From Felis catus (taxonomy: Eukaryota), in assembly GCF_018350175.1 (NCBI RefSeq), contig NC_058368.1, forward strand, positions 153,762,001 through 153,826,000: a stretch of 64,000 nucleotides of DNA. The letters run 5' to 3'. Position 1 is the stretch's first letter; every line of letters starts with the position of its first letter. The notes beneath the pieces are model-generated. The model was not told where the DNA came from and made no database searches. It was given only the letters and a program-made list of their open reading frames with translations. Made by a program: the position numbers and the translations under genes. Below are positions 37,541-49,260 of this stretch, piece after piece.

Positions 37541-38700
37541 TGTCAAGGTAGTTATTGGGTTATCTCCAAATAGAGGGTGACCAGATATTCCCAGATAAAC
37601 CTTGTTTCCCCCCCTAGAATATGATGTTAAATAAGTGCCTCTCTTTTATTTTCATTTGAGGCCACAAAGGCTATACCTACAAGGAGAATCAGATAGTCCT
37701 TCATTCTAAAGTGAGGTCTTTCTTTATCTCTGAAGCTCATGCTAAGAAACAGTAATGCTAGTTCTAGGTCTCTCCCAACAGCCACATCGAAGCTATATCA
37801 GAAGAAAATTGAGACAAGGAGAGATTTCTTTGAAAAGAAATTTTAGGATTTCTGTGCTTTGGGTTCCTAACCCCCTTTGTGGATGGTAGAAAGACAGTTA
37901 TCCCTACTCCTCCACCTCAGGTCAAGTGAAAAGATCTTCACAAGGACAACTCAGAGGGTTTAACACACTTTCTTTGGAATTTTAAGGATCTTGAGACTAA
38001 ATTATCATACCTAAAAAGAAAGAGGATTTGGTTAAAGCTTTCTCTTCCTCCTGAGTTAACAGAGACAAGTTATTATGTTCACACGAACTTCAGTTTAAAA
38101 GTCTGAAGGGAGCAAGGTTGAGTATTTCTTGGGGACCAGATATGAAATGCAAAAAAGGTATCCAGTCTTATGTTGTCTAATAAGAAATTCCACTCCATGG
38201 GACAGCATAGAAGTGTACAACTATCTCAACACAGGCAAAACTGAAGGAGTTGTAGAGGCCAGTCAATGTAAGCACTTAGGGAGTTGTGGTTGGAGAGTTC
38301 AGGCAGAAGCATTTCTATGGAATCTACAAAATTCCTCCTTGAGAGAGAAAATAACAATGACTCAACACCATCCAGGGGGTACCAGTGCCACATTATAATG
38401 CCGTCATCTATATAAAACTAAGTTCTTTATTCCTAACTTCTCTAATCTGGGTTTCTAAGGCCATGGAAATAGTTTAAATTGGAAAATAGTTTAAAGTTAT
38501 CAAAGGATATTGGACTAGCCAGAAGTTATGGGATTATTAGAATGAACTGGACATTTTAATTATCTATGAGTGACTGAAAAATATAAGGCCCTGTCTGAGA
38601 TTTTATCCCAGGGACAGTGATAAATAGATCCATATAGTGAGTTTGCAAAACCAATAGTAAGAAAAAATAAACTTGGTTCTTTCAATGACATCCAGCTCAT
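37541..38700 (+). mobile_element. Ancient Gypsy-type LTR (MamGypLTR/LTR81-like)
   Basis: Starts TGTCA; 3' part ctggacattttaatta...gagtgactgaaaaatataaggccctgtctgagattttatcccaggg...aaaaataaacttgg resembles recalled MamGypLTR 3' ends. Confidence 0.5.
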
Positions 38701-38879
38701 CCAGTGAATGAGTCGTATTCTTTGTAGATCTTTTCCCATTATCGCTGCCTACACAGATAAAAATTCAGCTTCTAAAATGAACTTTCAAATTGAAGTCTTT
38801 TCTCACTTTCTATGATAAATCTTCTCTTAAGGTTTTGAACTCCTGTCACACTGACCTGTTTTTATGAATTAGATTGCTC

Positions 38880-39290
38880 AGTAAAAGAGAGAAGGCATTA
38901 AACATGCAAACAGAAGTACAATGAATGTATCAAAGGAGTCAGAGTGCTGCTGAACTTTGTTATAAGACTCAGTTTGATGTAGGACTCTCTGAGGAGGTGA
39001 TCTTAAGGTGAGGGGTGAGAATAAATAGATGTTAGCCACCTGAAGCCATAACGATAGTGTGATTCAGGAAAAAGGAGGAGAATGAGGAGCTAAAAAAATA
39101 TTATTTCTACAGTAGAGGGAGTAAAAAGAATGAAAGTACTAGGGAGATAAGCATGGGGTTAATAGTGGCAGAGATCACTGTCGTCCTTGTATAACAGAGC
39201 ATGGGTCTACTTATATTGGACTTACATAGTTGGAGAAAGTTTCAAAAAGGGGAATGGTTTCAAAAATGGTCAGGTATGTAAGAAAAGAAG
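38880..39290 (-). mobile_element. L2 fragment
   Basis: ggactctctgaggaggtgatcttaaggtgagggg...gttagcca purine-rich L2 antisense pattern. Confidence 0.6.
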
Positions 39291-39314
39291 ACAGTTTTAG
39301 AAAAAACTCCTTTG

Positions 39315-39524
39315 GGGATGCCTGGGTGGCTCAGTAGGTTAAGTGTTGGACTTTGGCTCAGGTTGTGATCTCGTAGTTCATGGGTACGGGCCCTGACTCA
39401 GGCTCTGTGCTGACAGCTCAGAGCCTGGAGCCTGCTTCAGATTCTGTATCTCCATCTCTCTCTGCCCCGTCTCTGCTTGCACTGTCTCTGTCTCTCTCAA
39501 AAATAAACATAAAAAAAAAGAAAA
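39315..39524 (+). mobile_element. SINEC_Fc-like SINE
   Basis: gggatgcctgggtggctcag head, gagcctggagcctg, A tail; 14-bp TSD aaaaaactcctttg at 39301-39314 and 39525-39538. Confidence 0.97.
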
Positions 39525-40994
39525 AAAAAACTCCTTTGTGTGGTACAGTAAAGGGTCAGAGATACAGGAGTAATGAGGACTTAGGGAAGAGATATTAAAA
39601 CTCTGAATGTTAGAATAAAATAGAGTTGTACAGGAAATCCAAATACTTGAGAGAACTGATAATCCAAACCAAATGCTAGAGAGAACTGACACATCGTTAG
39701 TAGAGTTTTACGAATATTGGTCTGGTAGTATTACACAGTCACTGGCTCCATCCTACGTTTTTTTTTTCTTGGGGGGGCATGCATAGACCACAGAGTACCA
39801 GTGCAATATGTTGGAATGCTAGAAGATTTACCTTTAATACTATCTAGTTTGCATAAAAACCTTAAACTTTATTCCTATTTGATGTCAAGATCAACTCTGG
39901 TGCCCATTCTTGGACAAAACATAAGAAGGTCGCAAATTACATATTGCATGGGAGGTATTGCGAGGGCAGGGAGGATGCTCCACGTTATCTTATGGTACAA
40001 GTCATCATTTATTTGCTCCAAGGTTTACTACATATTGCGGTTCATGGATATCCAGTTATGACGACTAATGTATTATTTTTTTTCTGGTTTTACCTAATTC
40101 AACTCTTCAAAGATTACTGGAGAATTAAAAAGAATCCTATAGAGAAAGTTCATATTGAAGGCAATACTAATAGTGCTAGCATAAGTAAACAGTAAGGAAA
40201 TTGCTGAGTTGGCAATTCTTTTACCTTTAGTTCAAGTTTGTCTGTCATATTATCAGGTGAAAACAGTGATGGTCTTGGTGTAATCAATTTGAATCTATCA
40301 TTAAGCACTAAAGCAAGACTTTAAAAAATGAGTGTATAAAATCATATGGATGCAAGAGGATGCAAAGAGGCCTGAGGGCTAGCTGAGTGTTTATTTCTGG
40401 CTATTTTTGTGAATTCCAGGGTTTTTCCCCCCTAAAATCAAGTGCATTTGTGTAAGTAGGTGATGTTATAACCCAGAATTAAAATGAAGAGAGTAACAGA
40501 ATAGGCATGGAAGACGGGTACATCTGAGGTCTATTTTAAGTATGATTCCTTAATGATAAAGCTCAAAATGTTTCGTCAACCATAACTAGCAGTGGCTTGG
40601 ACTGTGAATATACTAGTTTAATTTTTCACCTTCCAGTTAGTCAATCTCTATTTGAAAACTTTCTGTAATTTTAGTCTTGGACTCTGGACTTTTCCTGGGG
40701 TTTCCCTGAATCTCTTTCAGTTTAAAAGAGTATTATAATAGAGTCTTAAAAAAACTAGGGAGAGATTCTCTGCCCAGTGACACTCATACTCGTTATTGTG
40801 AGTTTAAAAATTTTTTAAGTTCATGTCTTCTACTTTGCATACTAATTTTTTAGAATTAATTTTCAGTTGATCAAGGTTAGTATGAATAGTGTAAATCCAA
40901 ATACTGTAGTCAAAAGAGGCACACATATAGGATGGGATTTTCTCTATAAAGACAAGTATTTCCCCAAAATATACATAAATTAAGTTATGGCTTT

Positions 40995-41335
40995 TGTCTT
41001 AGTTTGCTTGGCTGCTATAACAATATGCTATAGACTCGTTGGCTTATAAACAAAAACATTTATTTCTCACAGTTCTATAGACTGGGAAGTCCGAGATCCA
41101 GTTACCTTAAGATCCACTGTCTGATTACAGCCACTTTCTGGCTTACAGATCGCTATATTCTGGCAGAAAGGGTGAGGGAACTCTCTGGCATCTCTTTAAT
41201 CAAAGGACTAAATTCAATGAGGCTTTCCCTCATGACCTAACTGCTCCCAAAGGTCCGCCTCCCAATATCATCACACCGGGGATTAGGATTTCAACATATG
41301 AATTTGGGGGGTATATAAACATTCAGACTCTGCCA
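40995..41335 (-). mobile_element. MaLR LTR (MLT1A-like)
   Basis: tgtcttagtttgcttggctgctataacaa...tttatttctcacagttct...gattaggatttcaacatatgaatttgggggg; TG...CA ends. Confidence 0.9.
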
Positions 41336-43420
41336 GTTACTCTTAGTGTGCTTAGTAACATTTTGGTGTGCAAGTAGTTAAAGTACATATTTTAGCCATT
41401 GAATAGCTTATTTAGTCTATTATGGCCATGATATCCCTCAGTTTGGCTACCTTTTCCTGCCTTTTTAGATATTAGAATTGTAAGTAGAAGAAATGGTTAT
41501 TATGAATATTTTCTGTGTTTGATTTTGTTGGTAATTCTTTGTGAAATTTAGAGACATAGACAGTACCCATTCATATATGAACAGTCAAAATCAAACAGAA
41601 AAATCTGATTGTTTATTTTAAATCAAATAGAATGTCTAATTACTTTTAATTTATAATTAAATTATAAATTCCCAGCTGAAACTCTATATTCACCTTCAAA
41701 TTTAGGAAATTCGTTTCCTCTTCATCAGCTAGCTTGTATACAACTAAAAATGATATGAGAAAGAACCAGAGACAGACAGACAGACTTCTGTTGACTTTTA
41801 GCACATTACTGAAGTAAATTTTACAATATCATATTAATACAAATTAAGTACAAGTAAAATCTTCAGAGACCATTTGGGAGACAAAAAGCATTTGACCTAT
41901 GTGATTAAGAACAGTCCTCATCTTGTCTTCTTCTTGCTCTCTGTCTTACCTATAAATTGTTGTTTTGATTATTTTTTATGAAAATCTTATAAAGGCCTTT
42001 CCTAAAAAAAATCACGCACACAAGTATGTGCGTGCACGCATAAGTGTATGTGATCAAAATGAGCATTTTCCTTCCCACTGCCTGGGAAGATCACACTCAA
42101 TCATTAGTATTTACATAGCACTTGCTTCCATTGAATTCTGAGAGCAGAGGGATTCTGTTTTAAAGTCATTGGTAAGACAGTTTGTTTTTCCATGAACATA
42201 CTGAAATTATGCACTGGGCAAATTAGTGAATTTTACCAAATATGTCTCAAGGATAAATATAGCAATTTTCACAGTGAATGTTTTCCATCTCTCAGGAAAT
42301 CTATGTTTGTCATGAAATGACAAGTTTTTTTAGAGGGTTGGGAGAATGGGGCGATTGCCTTTGCAAACTGATTTTGAATTTCGTTAAATAACAAGGCAAA
42401 CCTGAAAAATATTTTATATTAAATGAAAGTACTTAAGCATGATCTTTTGGTGGAAAGCAAATGGAAAGAATTTTTAACACATCTACTGAAGTAACAGATT
42501 TTCCTTTTCTGCTCCAGGGTGATCATTATAAACCATAACTTAAAATTTTTAAATTATGAAAAATATCTCATCTTGGGAAGTTCATGTGAATTTATACCAA
42601 TAAACTAGTCTCGTAATGTTGTAACTGAGAATTAGTGTGCTTTCATAAGATGATAACTCTACTATTTTTTCTGTACAGTTATACCAGAAAATAATCAGGA
42701 TTAAAATATAACTTGACTTAGAGTGTACATGGCAAAAAATACTTCATATTTGTATGAATGAATAGATGTAAAAGTACCTAAGATTTTATGCCTACTAAAA
42801 GCATATAAATAATTAAAAATCCAAAGTGTGCAGATGACCTAAATTCTTTCTATATCTTTCACAGTTAGCTCTGTGAAAAGACCCAGATCTTCAATCTACT
42901 TATTAAAGCCATAGTGAAGGTTAACTTTGAGAAAACTACTACACTAATTATATGAAAATACTACAGGGATGTGAGCTGAGAAATACTTGAAAACAATGGC
43001 TGTGATAGAATTCTCACAATTATTTCACTAAGAAGGATTCTTTCTAGTGGAAAAAATTTTAAAATGCAACAAAACAATGTTGATGTGTTTTGTAAATTGC
43101 ACCCCAAATCAAAGTGAAGTGACAAAGCTTTTATTTTCTTTCCATCTCTCTGCCTCCTAGGAATTTTTTCTCTTTTGTTTGATCTTTGCATGAGGACTTT
43201 GACAATTAAATGATGTCAAAGCAACCTGTTTGCTTTCTTTTTGCCCATTTCTCCCATTTATGTGACAGCTGGCTTAGTGGCCCTTTGCATTGTAGCTATC
43301 TTTCTTCATGTTAAAGCTCTGTAGATTTTAATGTGATTAGTTATTTAATTTTGACACCCTTGTGTGGTCAATTCATGTTTTAAGTCAATCTCTGACTAGA
43401 AGATCTAATTAAGACACAGG

Positions 43421-43633
43421 TTTTTTTTTTTTTAATGTTTATTTTTGAGAGCCAGATAGATGGAGCACAAGTGCGGGAAGGGGCAGAGAGAGAGGGAGAC
43501 ACAGAATCCAAAGGAGGCTCCAGGCTCTGAACTGTCAGCACTGAGCCCGATGTGGGGCTCAAACCCGTGGACCGCAAGATCATGACCTGAGCCCAAGTCA
43601 GACGCTTAACCAATTGAGCCACCCAGGTGTCCC
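43421..43633 (-). mobile_element. SINEC_Fc-like SINE
   Basis: Full body; TSD agacacag at 43412-43419 and 43634-43641. Confidence 0.97.
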
Positions 43634-46600
43634 AGACACAGTTCTTAATGCAGAAAGGAAGGGACAAGAAAAGACTAGCACTTTTTTTTCCTCATAAAAT
43701 CTCAGTGTCATCAATTAGAAATCATGTTACATGTGGCTCTCCTATCATGTCCATGTGTGACAGAGGTTTGACCAGAAAGTTTTTGAAAATTGATATAATT
43801 TGTCATCATCTTTTAACAAGGGTCTGGCTAGCAGCTTAACAAAAGGAATATAACATTACCTAAAGAGGAGTCATAATAATTATCATTTTTATAGAAGGCA
43901 ATAATGAGACAACTGACTACAAATGCATTTAATTACATATTTTCTCTCACTAATCTATCAGTATTTGAATTTTGCCTGTAAAACAGATCCTGTCCATATA
44001 GATGTAATTGATCATGATCAACAAAACTCCACAATGGTTGTTTCAATAATTTATATGCTAATTCATTATTATTTCCCTAGCAATAGGCAGAATTTTGCAT
44101 CTGCACCTGGAGGAGGTTTGAGATTCTGCATAACCCAGGTTTATTTTCTGGGTATTGCGAAACACAGGATGTTCCCTTTAATAACCTGAAATTTTAATAA
44201 GGGCCTAAGAAATAGTTGAAAAAGTGAGTGAACTTGTATTTAAATTAGTTCTTTGAGAGCTTGGAGATTCTGACTTGGTGAACTCTAATTAAATCCCTTA
44301 AGGCCACCAGGTCTGCCTCCCTAGTTCTTGATGGTAAAAGTAAGGTCTTCAAAGAGTCCCTTGGCAGTATACAAGTGGAGGGGAAAAAATCATGCAACCC
44401 ATCACTACCGCATTTTATAAAGCTACAATTCCAGAAGGAGTACCAGACAACGGGAACAATAGAGACAGAAACCTGAGAACTAGTAAAGTAAGGAAAGCAG
44501 AGGAAAAAGAATTTGGAAAGAGCAGTAATTCAAGAACATCACTCATTCAGACTGCAGTAGGGGCGTTAAACTAGACAAAGGAGCAAATGAGCTCTTGTGC
44601 TGGTAAATGACAGAGCAAATCTTAGTTGGCACATTTTGCAATTAACATTTTCAGTAAGAAATTCTCAAATACAAAATTGCCATTTTTTAGTTCTGACATT
44701 ATAGTGGCTTTTTCCTCAGGGCACATTTTCCATATAAATATCTAAGCATTTTTTTTCTTTCCAGCTAGATTTCAGTACTCAATTGTGTGGGTGAGTTTAA
44801 CTGTGATGGTGAGAACAAAACAGGTATTGGATCTTCTCAGGGCCAAGAGGAAATCAATAACAGGTGATCAAAATATGGAACTCTTGACTTATTCTCAGTA
44901 GCCTCTCTTATTCAAAATACAGACATGAACCAAATAAACAGTTGAGTGGATGATTCTTTATTTTGGGAGATTTTGTACTTTTCACTCATATTTAAAATAG
45001 GTTCAAAAGTATTATTTTTTGATATTGCAAAAGTCACAATTGAAACTCCTTAATCCTATTATGTACTAAATGCTCCAAAGCAACCTGTTCAAGAAATAGA
45101 AATGTCAACCTTGCAGAGAATTATTCTTTTCTCCTCTAATGGGAAGTTTTCACCAAATATCCACTTGGGCCACCAACATGTTCAACAGTCCTTCCTATGT
45201 ATACTTGTCTCATTCCTCTGTACTTTCCAGCACTTAGTACTTTATACTAGTCCATATTTCCATATACTAAAGGGAAGATAAGGATCTGGCAGTGTGAGCA
45301 AATACCCCTACAAAACACCATCACCCAATGGATTCCTGTGAAAATTGATGGAAAGTGAACTGAAGAGGAAATGCATGCAGCTTGGTTCTCATTAGTCTAT
45401 TCCTGTGCCTTGGCCATGTGGACAAGCGTATTCTTTCATATCCGATTGATATGTGATGTGCTGACAACCCCCGTCCTGACCAAATGCTCTACAAAGTAGG
45501 AATGATGTAGAAAAACTTAGAATTTATACTTTTGTAGTTTGCTCTACTTTTTATTTCAAAAAGGCTTTTAAAGTCCTATGAATGCTATTTAGATCGCTTG
45601 TATGTCTAGATGGAAATACTGATTCTTGATGCTCTGAATAAACTCCTAACCCCAAAGGTATATTGAGCTATGGGTGCTAGCTTTGTTCTTAAGTATAAGT
45701 TTCACAAAGTTTTATTTACTTTTTGAACTCTTAACTAGGATGAAAGTGCCACAGTGCTTTTGTGGTCTGCTACTTAAGTGGCTTCATCTTTTCTTGGGGG
45801 AGAAAAATGAAAGTAACAAGCAAAATATAGAGGAGGTTTTAGTTTGTTCTGTGATCAAAAGGTCATTTATTGATCTGGTGCTTAAAAGGAAAAGATCTGT
45901 TTTTGGGAAAGTCATTGTACTATCTAGGGTTTGAACTCTTCTCCTTTTATTATCTATTAAAGCATGATAAGTCTACTTTTTTCTTTCTGCAGGAGCAAAA
46001 CTCATAATTAAAATAAGGACTCCATCACCACTATGACCATATGATAGTTGTTCTAAACTTGCAAAACTGAAAATAAATAAAATAAATCTATGTTAATTAA
46101 AATGCTGATTTTAATTTTTAATCAGTCTAATTACATTAACTTTTAGTTAATCTTAAATACAGATGATTTCTTCCAAGCAATACTTTCACATTGCAATATT
46201 TTTGTTTCCTCTGAACTGAAAAAAAATTAGAAGGAATTATACTTTGAAATTAAATATTATCTACTTTCTTTCCTCCCTCCTCACCTCCCAGACCCCAGAA
46301 ACTAGCTTGAATTTTCTACCGGAGGATTGTCCAATGACTGTAAGAATAAACTGAAAGCAGAAATTGCAGTCTTAGTTCAACTAGAAAGCCATTATGTAAA
46401 CTTGAACATGTTAGAAGATTCTTCCTATGTTTGCTTTCTTCTTGGAAACTTCTAATAAGGACCATAGGAAATGAAAGTTGTATATGTAGGATAAGCTTGA
46501 GTATGTAGAACATTAAAAGAGAAGACATTTGACCCCTTCTTAGAATCAAACCTTAAGATTTTTGGATGAATATAAAATATATTTAGATACATAGCTAGGG

Positions 46601-46701
46601 GTGTTTATGTGTGTGTGTGTGTGTGTATAAATTATTGTAGTAAGTAATATACTTTGGTATGTCACAAGAGTGTTGAGTAAATACATGTACTTGTATTGAC
46701 A

Positions 46702-46900
46702 CAGCTTTCTCAAACTTTGTTCCCTGGAATATGAGCATCTCCTAAGACATTACTAGGTATTCTTCAGGAAAAAAGGCTCTCTATTGAAACAAATGTAAAT
46801 TTGTTTTTCATTATTGGAAATTTATAATATAAGTTGGAAATTAAGGACTGAGGAAGTGTACAGAAATAAAGCCAGGGCTTCCAAAAACAATTTGATACCA
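46702..46900. mobile_element. Old hAT-Charlie MITE (MER103-like)
   Basis: cagctttctcaaactttgttccctggaat...aaaaaaggctc start resembles Charlie-family TIR region. Confidence 0.45.
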
Positions 46901-47180
46901 TTATAATGATTCATATAAACTTTTATTAAAAATGTCATCAGTTTTCAAAATATATAGTTGGAAAAGAAAACTGTACACTGCCAAAATTACACATTTTAAA
47001 ACCTTGTAACACTTAACCATTTAACTGTATGGCTGGGGAAAATATTTAGCTTTTTTTAAGATGTGAAACTTTATTTGCTCAATAGGAGATATACTCTTTA
47101 TCCTATGCTTATTGTGTTTTGAATATACGGATTATATAGTATATCAACTTACTGCACATTTTGCTTCTGCTGTGTTTTAG

Positions 47181-47268
47181 TTCTTTTCTTTTTTCTTTTT
47201 TTTCTTTCTTTTCTTTTCTCTTCTTCTCTTCTCTCTCCTTCTCTTTTGCTTTCTTTCCCTTCTTTTCC

Positions 47269-47306
<38 letters not shown>

Positions 47307-47308
47307 TC
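47181..47308. repeat. Polypyrimidine low-complexity tract, (TTCTC)n/(TTTC)n
   Basis: About 128 bp of almost pure C/T on the plus strand. Confidence 0.95.
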
Positions 47309-47384
47309 TACTTTGATAAAATTGAAGTCATTGTTCCTGTTAGATAAGTTCGTATCAACATGATACACAAAATTAAGAATCTCT

Positions 47385-47900
47385 ATCAGTTGATAATGCA
47401 TTTGGCTACAGGTCTCCTAAAATCTAACTATAATGGCTTAAACAGAGTTTTTTTTGTTTGTTTTTCCACGTTGCAAAAAGTCCAATTAACACTATTTTCT
47501 GTCTACTCCATTGTCTTGGACACATTGACTCTTCTTCTTCTTACTTGTCACTTTATGGTGAATAAATTGAAGCTAGTGGATAGAAGGTATTGCATCCCCA
47601 ACCATCATTTCCACATTCTAGAAAGCAGGTTGGGGAAGAATCAGACATCAAGCCAGGCCTCTCTATCCTTCTTTATTATTAAAACAAAGCTTTCCAGAAT
47701 CATCTTATCCAGAGCTGAAACAGGTGGCACCTCTTGCCTCAATGGAGGCTTGGAAATTTGGGAACATTGTTGTCATGACTGTTTTGGACCAATGTTAGTT
47801 CATTACCGGGCTGTAAACATATTACTGACTGTAACACAATTGTAGTTTTCTTAGGGTGGAAGAGGAAAACAAAAACTTACTACTTGGGCAACTTGGGTTA
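47385..47900 (-). mobile_element. Old MaLR LTR (MLT1K/L-like)
   Basis: aactataatggcttaaaca...catttccacattctagaaagcagg...aaagctttccagaa pattern. Confidence 0.5.
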
Positions 47901-48497
47901 TTCCACAGAATCTCTTTTAAATACAAAAATAATATGAAACAAGGATAGCATCTGAAATTAAATTATTACCCAAAAAACTTTCATGTTTAAGGTAGAGAGA
48001 GTCAGCAATAGTAAGTCTACATTTTTGACAATTCCATTTAGTAATTCCTCAGAATATGGAGGCTAAGATGAGGATTAAGTGCCAGTGTTTTATTTCATAT
48101 GTGCAAACTTAGGAGAGTTAGAAATAAGGGCAATGAGACAAGGAAAAGATGTGAAAAATAAATGAAATTCTGTATTTATATGTCTGACAGCAGATTTACA
48201 ATGAGCCATGATGTTCACAGGCAGGTATATTTTCTTGACACACAGTATATTCTCAGATGTGCTGTAGAGAATGATCCATGTTACGTGGTGTGGGAAAGAT
48301 GATGACATTTATCTGCTTGGCTCCCTCCTGTCTTCTCTTTCCCATTGGTCAATATTTTCACCATAGGCCATTAACTCTATGTCACTTCCAAGTGTCATCC
48401 AGTTCCTTTGCATGCCAACAAATCTGGATGCAGAACAATCCAGATTACATGTTCTGAGATGAGCTATCCCATTCAAATCTGAAAGTAGAGGAAAGTT

Positions 48498-48678
48498 GGG
48501 GCATTTAGGTGGCTCAGTTTGTTAAGTGGCTGACTCTCGATTTTGGCTCAGGCCATGATCTCAGGGTTGTGAGATTGGGCCCTGCATAGGGCTCTGTACT
48601 GACCGTGTGGAGCCTGCTTAAGATTCTTTCTCCCATTCCCTCTGCCCTTCCCCCACTCACACTTGCTCTCTTTTTCTC

Positions 48679-48709
<31 letters not shown>

Positions 48710-48740
48710 AAATTAATAAATACATAAATAATGTAAAAAA
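48498..48740 (+). mobile_element. SINEC SINE with (TAAA)n tail
   Basis: ggggcatttaggtggctcag head; imperfect TSD agtagag(g)gaaag. Confidence 0.95.
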
Positions 48741-49124
48741 TAACAGTAGAGGGAAAGGATTCAAAACTCTAGGCATGCAGCTCATCTGCCTTACTGTTTG
48801 GCAGCTGACAAGGAGATTGAGCTTGACACTTACAGAGTGAATGATTGCCTGGGCCCTGGTGGCAGCATTCTGGGTGAAGAGAGAGAGGGGCATGGGAACT
48901 TGAAATAGATCATAACATTTTTGTCTGATACACTAAATTTGAGAAGTGGTGACTTTAGCACTTAATTTACCTCTGGAGCATAGGCTAACTCCAGAGCCAA
49001 AAGAGCCTCATGTCAGATTGAGTTGCCCTGCAATTTCTGTAAGTTTTAAGGCATCATTATAAATTATACTGTTTACAGAGAGTGTATGATTCTGGACAAT
49101 AACAAGACATTGGTTTCATCCATG

Positions 49125-49260
49125 ATGGGACTTGAATCTGGGCTGTGCTGTTGCTTATCTTTGCCACCTTGGGAAAGTCACTTTGCCACTCAGTCTCAAT
49201 TATTTTTTTACCTAAAAAAGTGAAAATATTAATACTGCTTTCCCTGTAGCGTTTTTGGGA
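49125..49260 (+). mobile_element. MIR
   Basis: accttgggaaagtcactttgccactcagtctcaattattttttacctaaaaaagtg. Confidence 0.65.

Noticed and set aside
39315..39524. SINEC heads as tRNA genes, and SINE-derived ORFs such as MPGWLSQLS (18667-18849)
   Set aside because: tRNA-derived SINE heads with CT tract, A tail and TSDs; the peptides recur simply because they translate the same repeat
42012..42040. Three GCGTG/CACGC (AhR XRE core) motifs and short palindromes
   Set aside because: More simply explained as a decayed alternating (CA/TG/CG) tract
42840..42925. Acceptor ctttcacAG with possible exon
   Set aside because: Stops in all three frames and only a poor donor (gttaac)
47177..47401. K/R/E-rich 74-aa ORF resembling a basic nuclear protein
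   Set aside because: It is the translation of the (TTTC)/(TTCTC) simple repeat
47360..47845. Longest ORF in the window (161 aa)
   Set aside because: No recognisable domain; overlaps an old MLT1-like LTR; an ORF of this length can arise by chance in 64 kb
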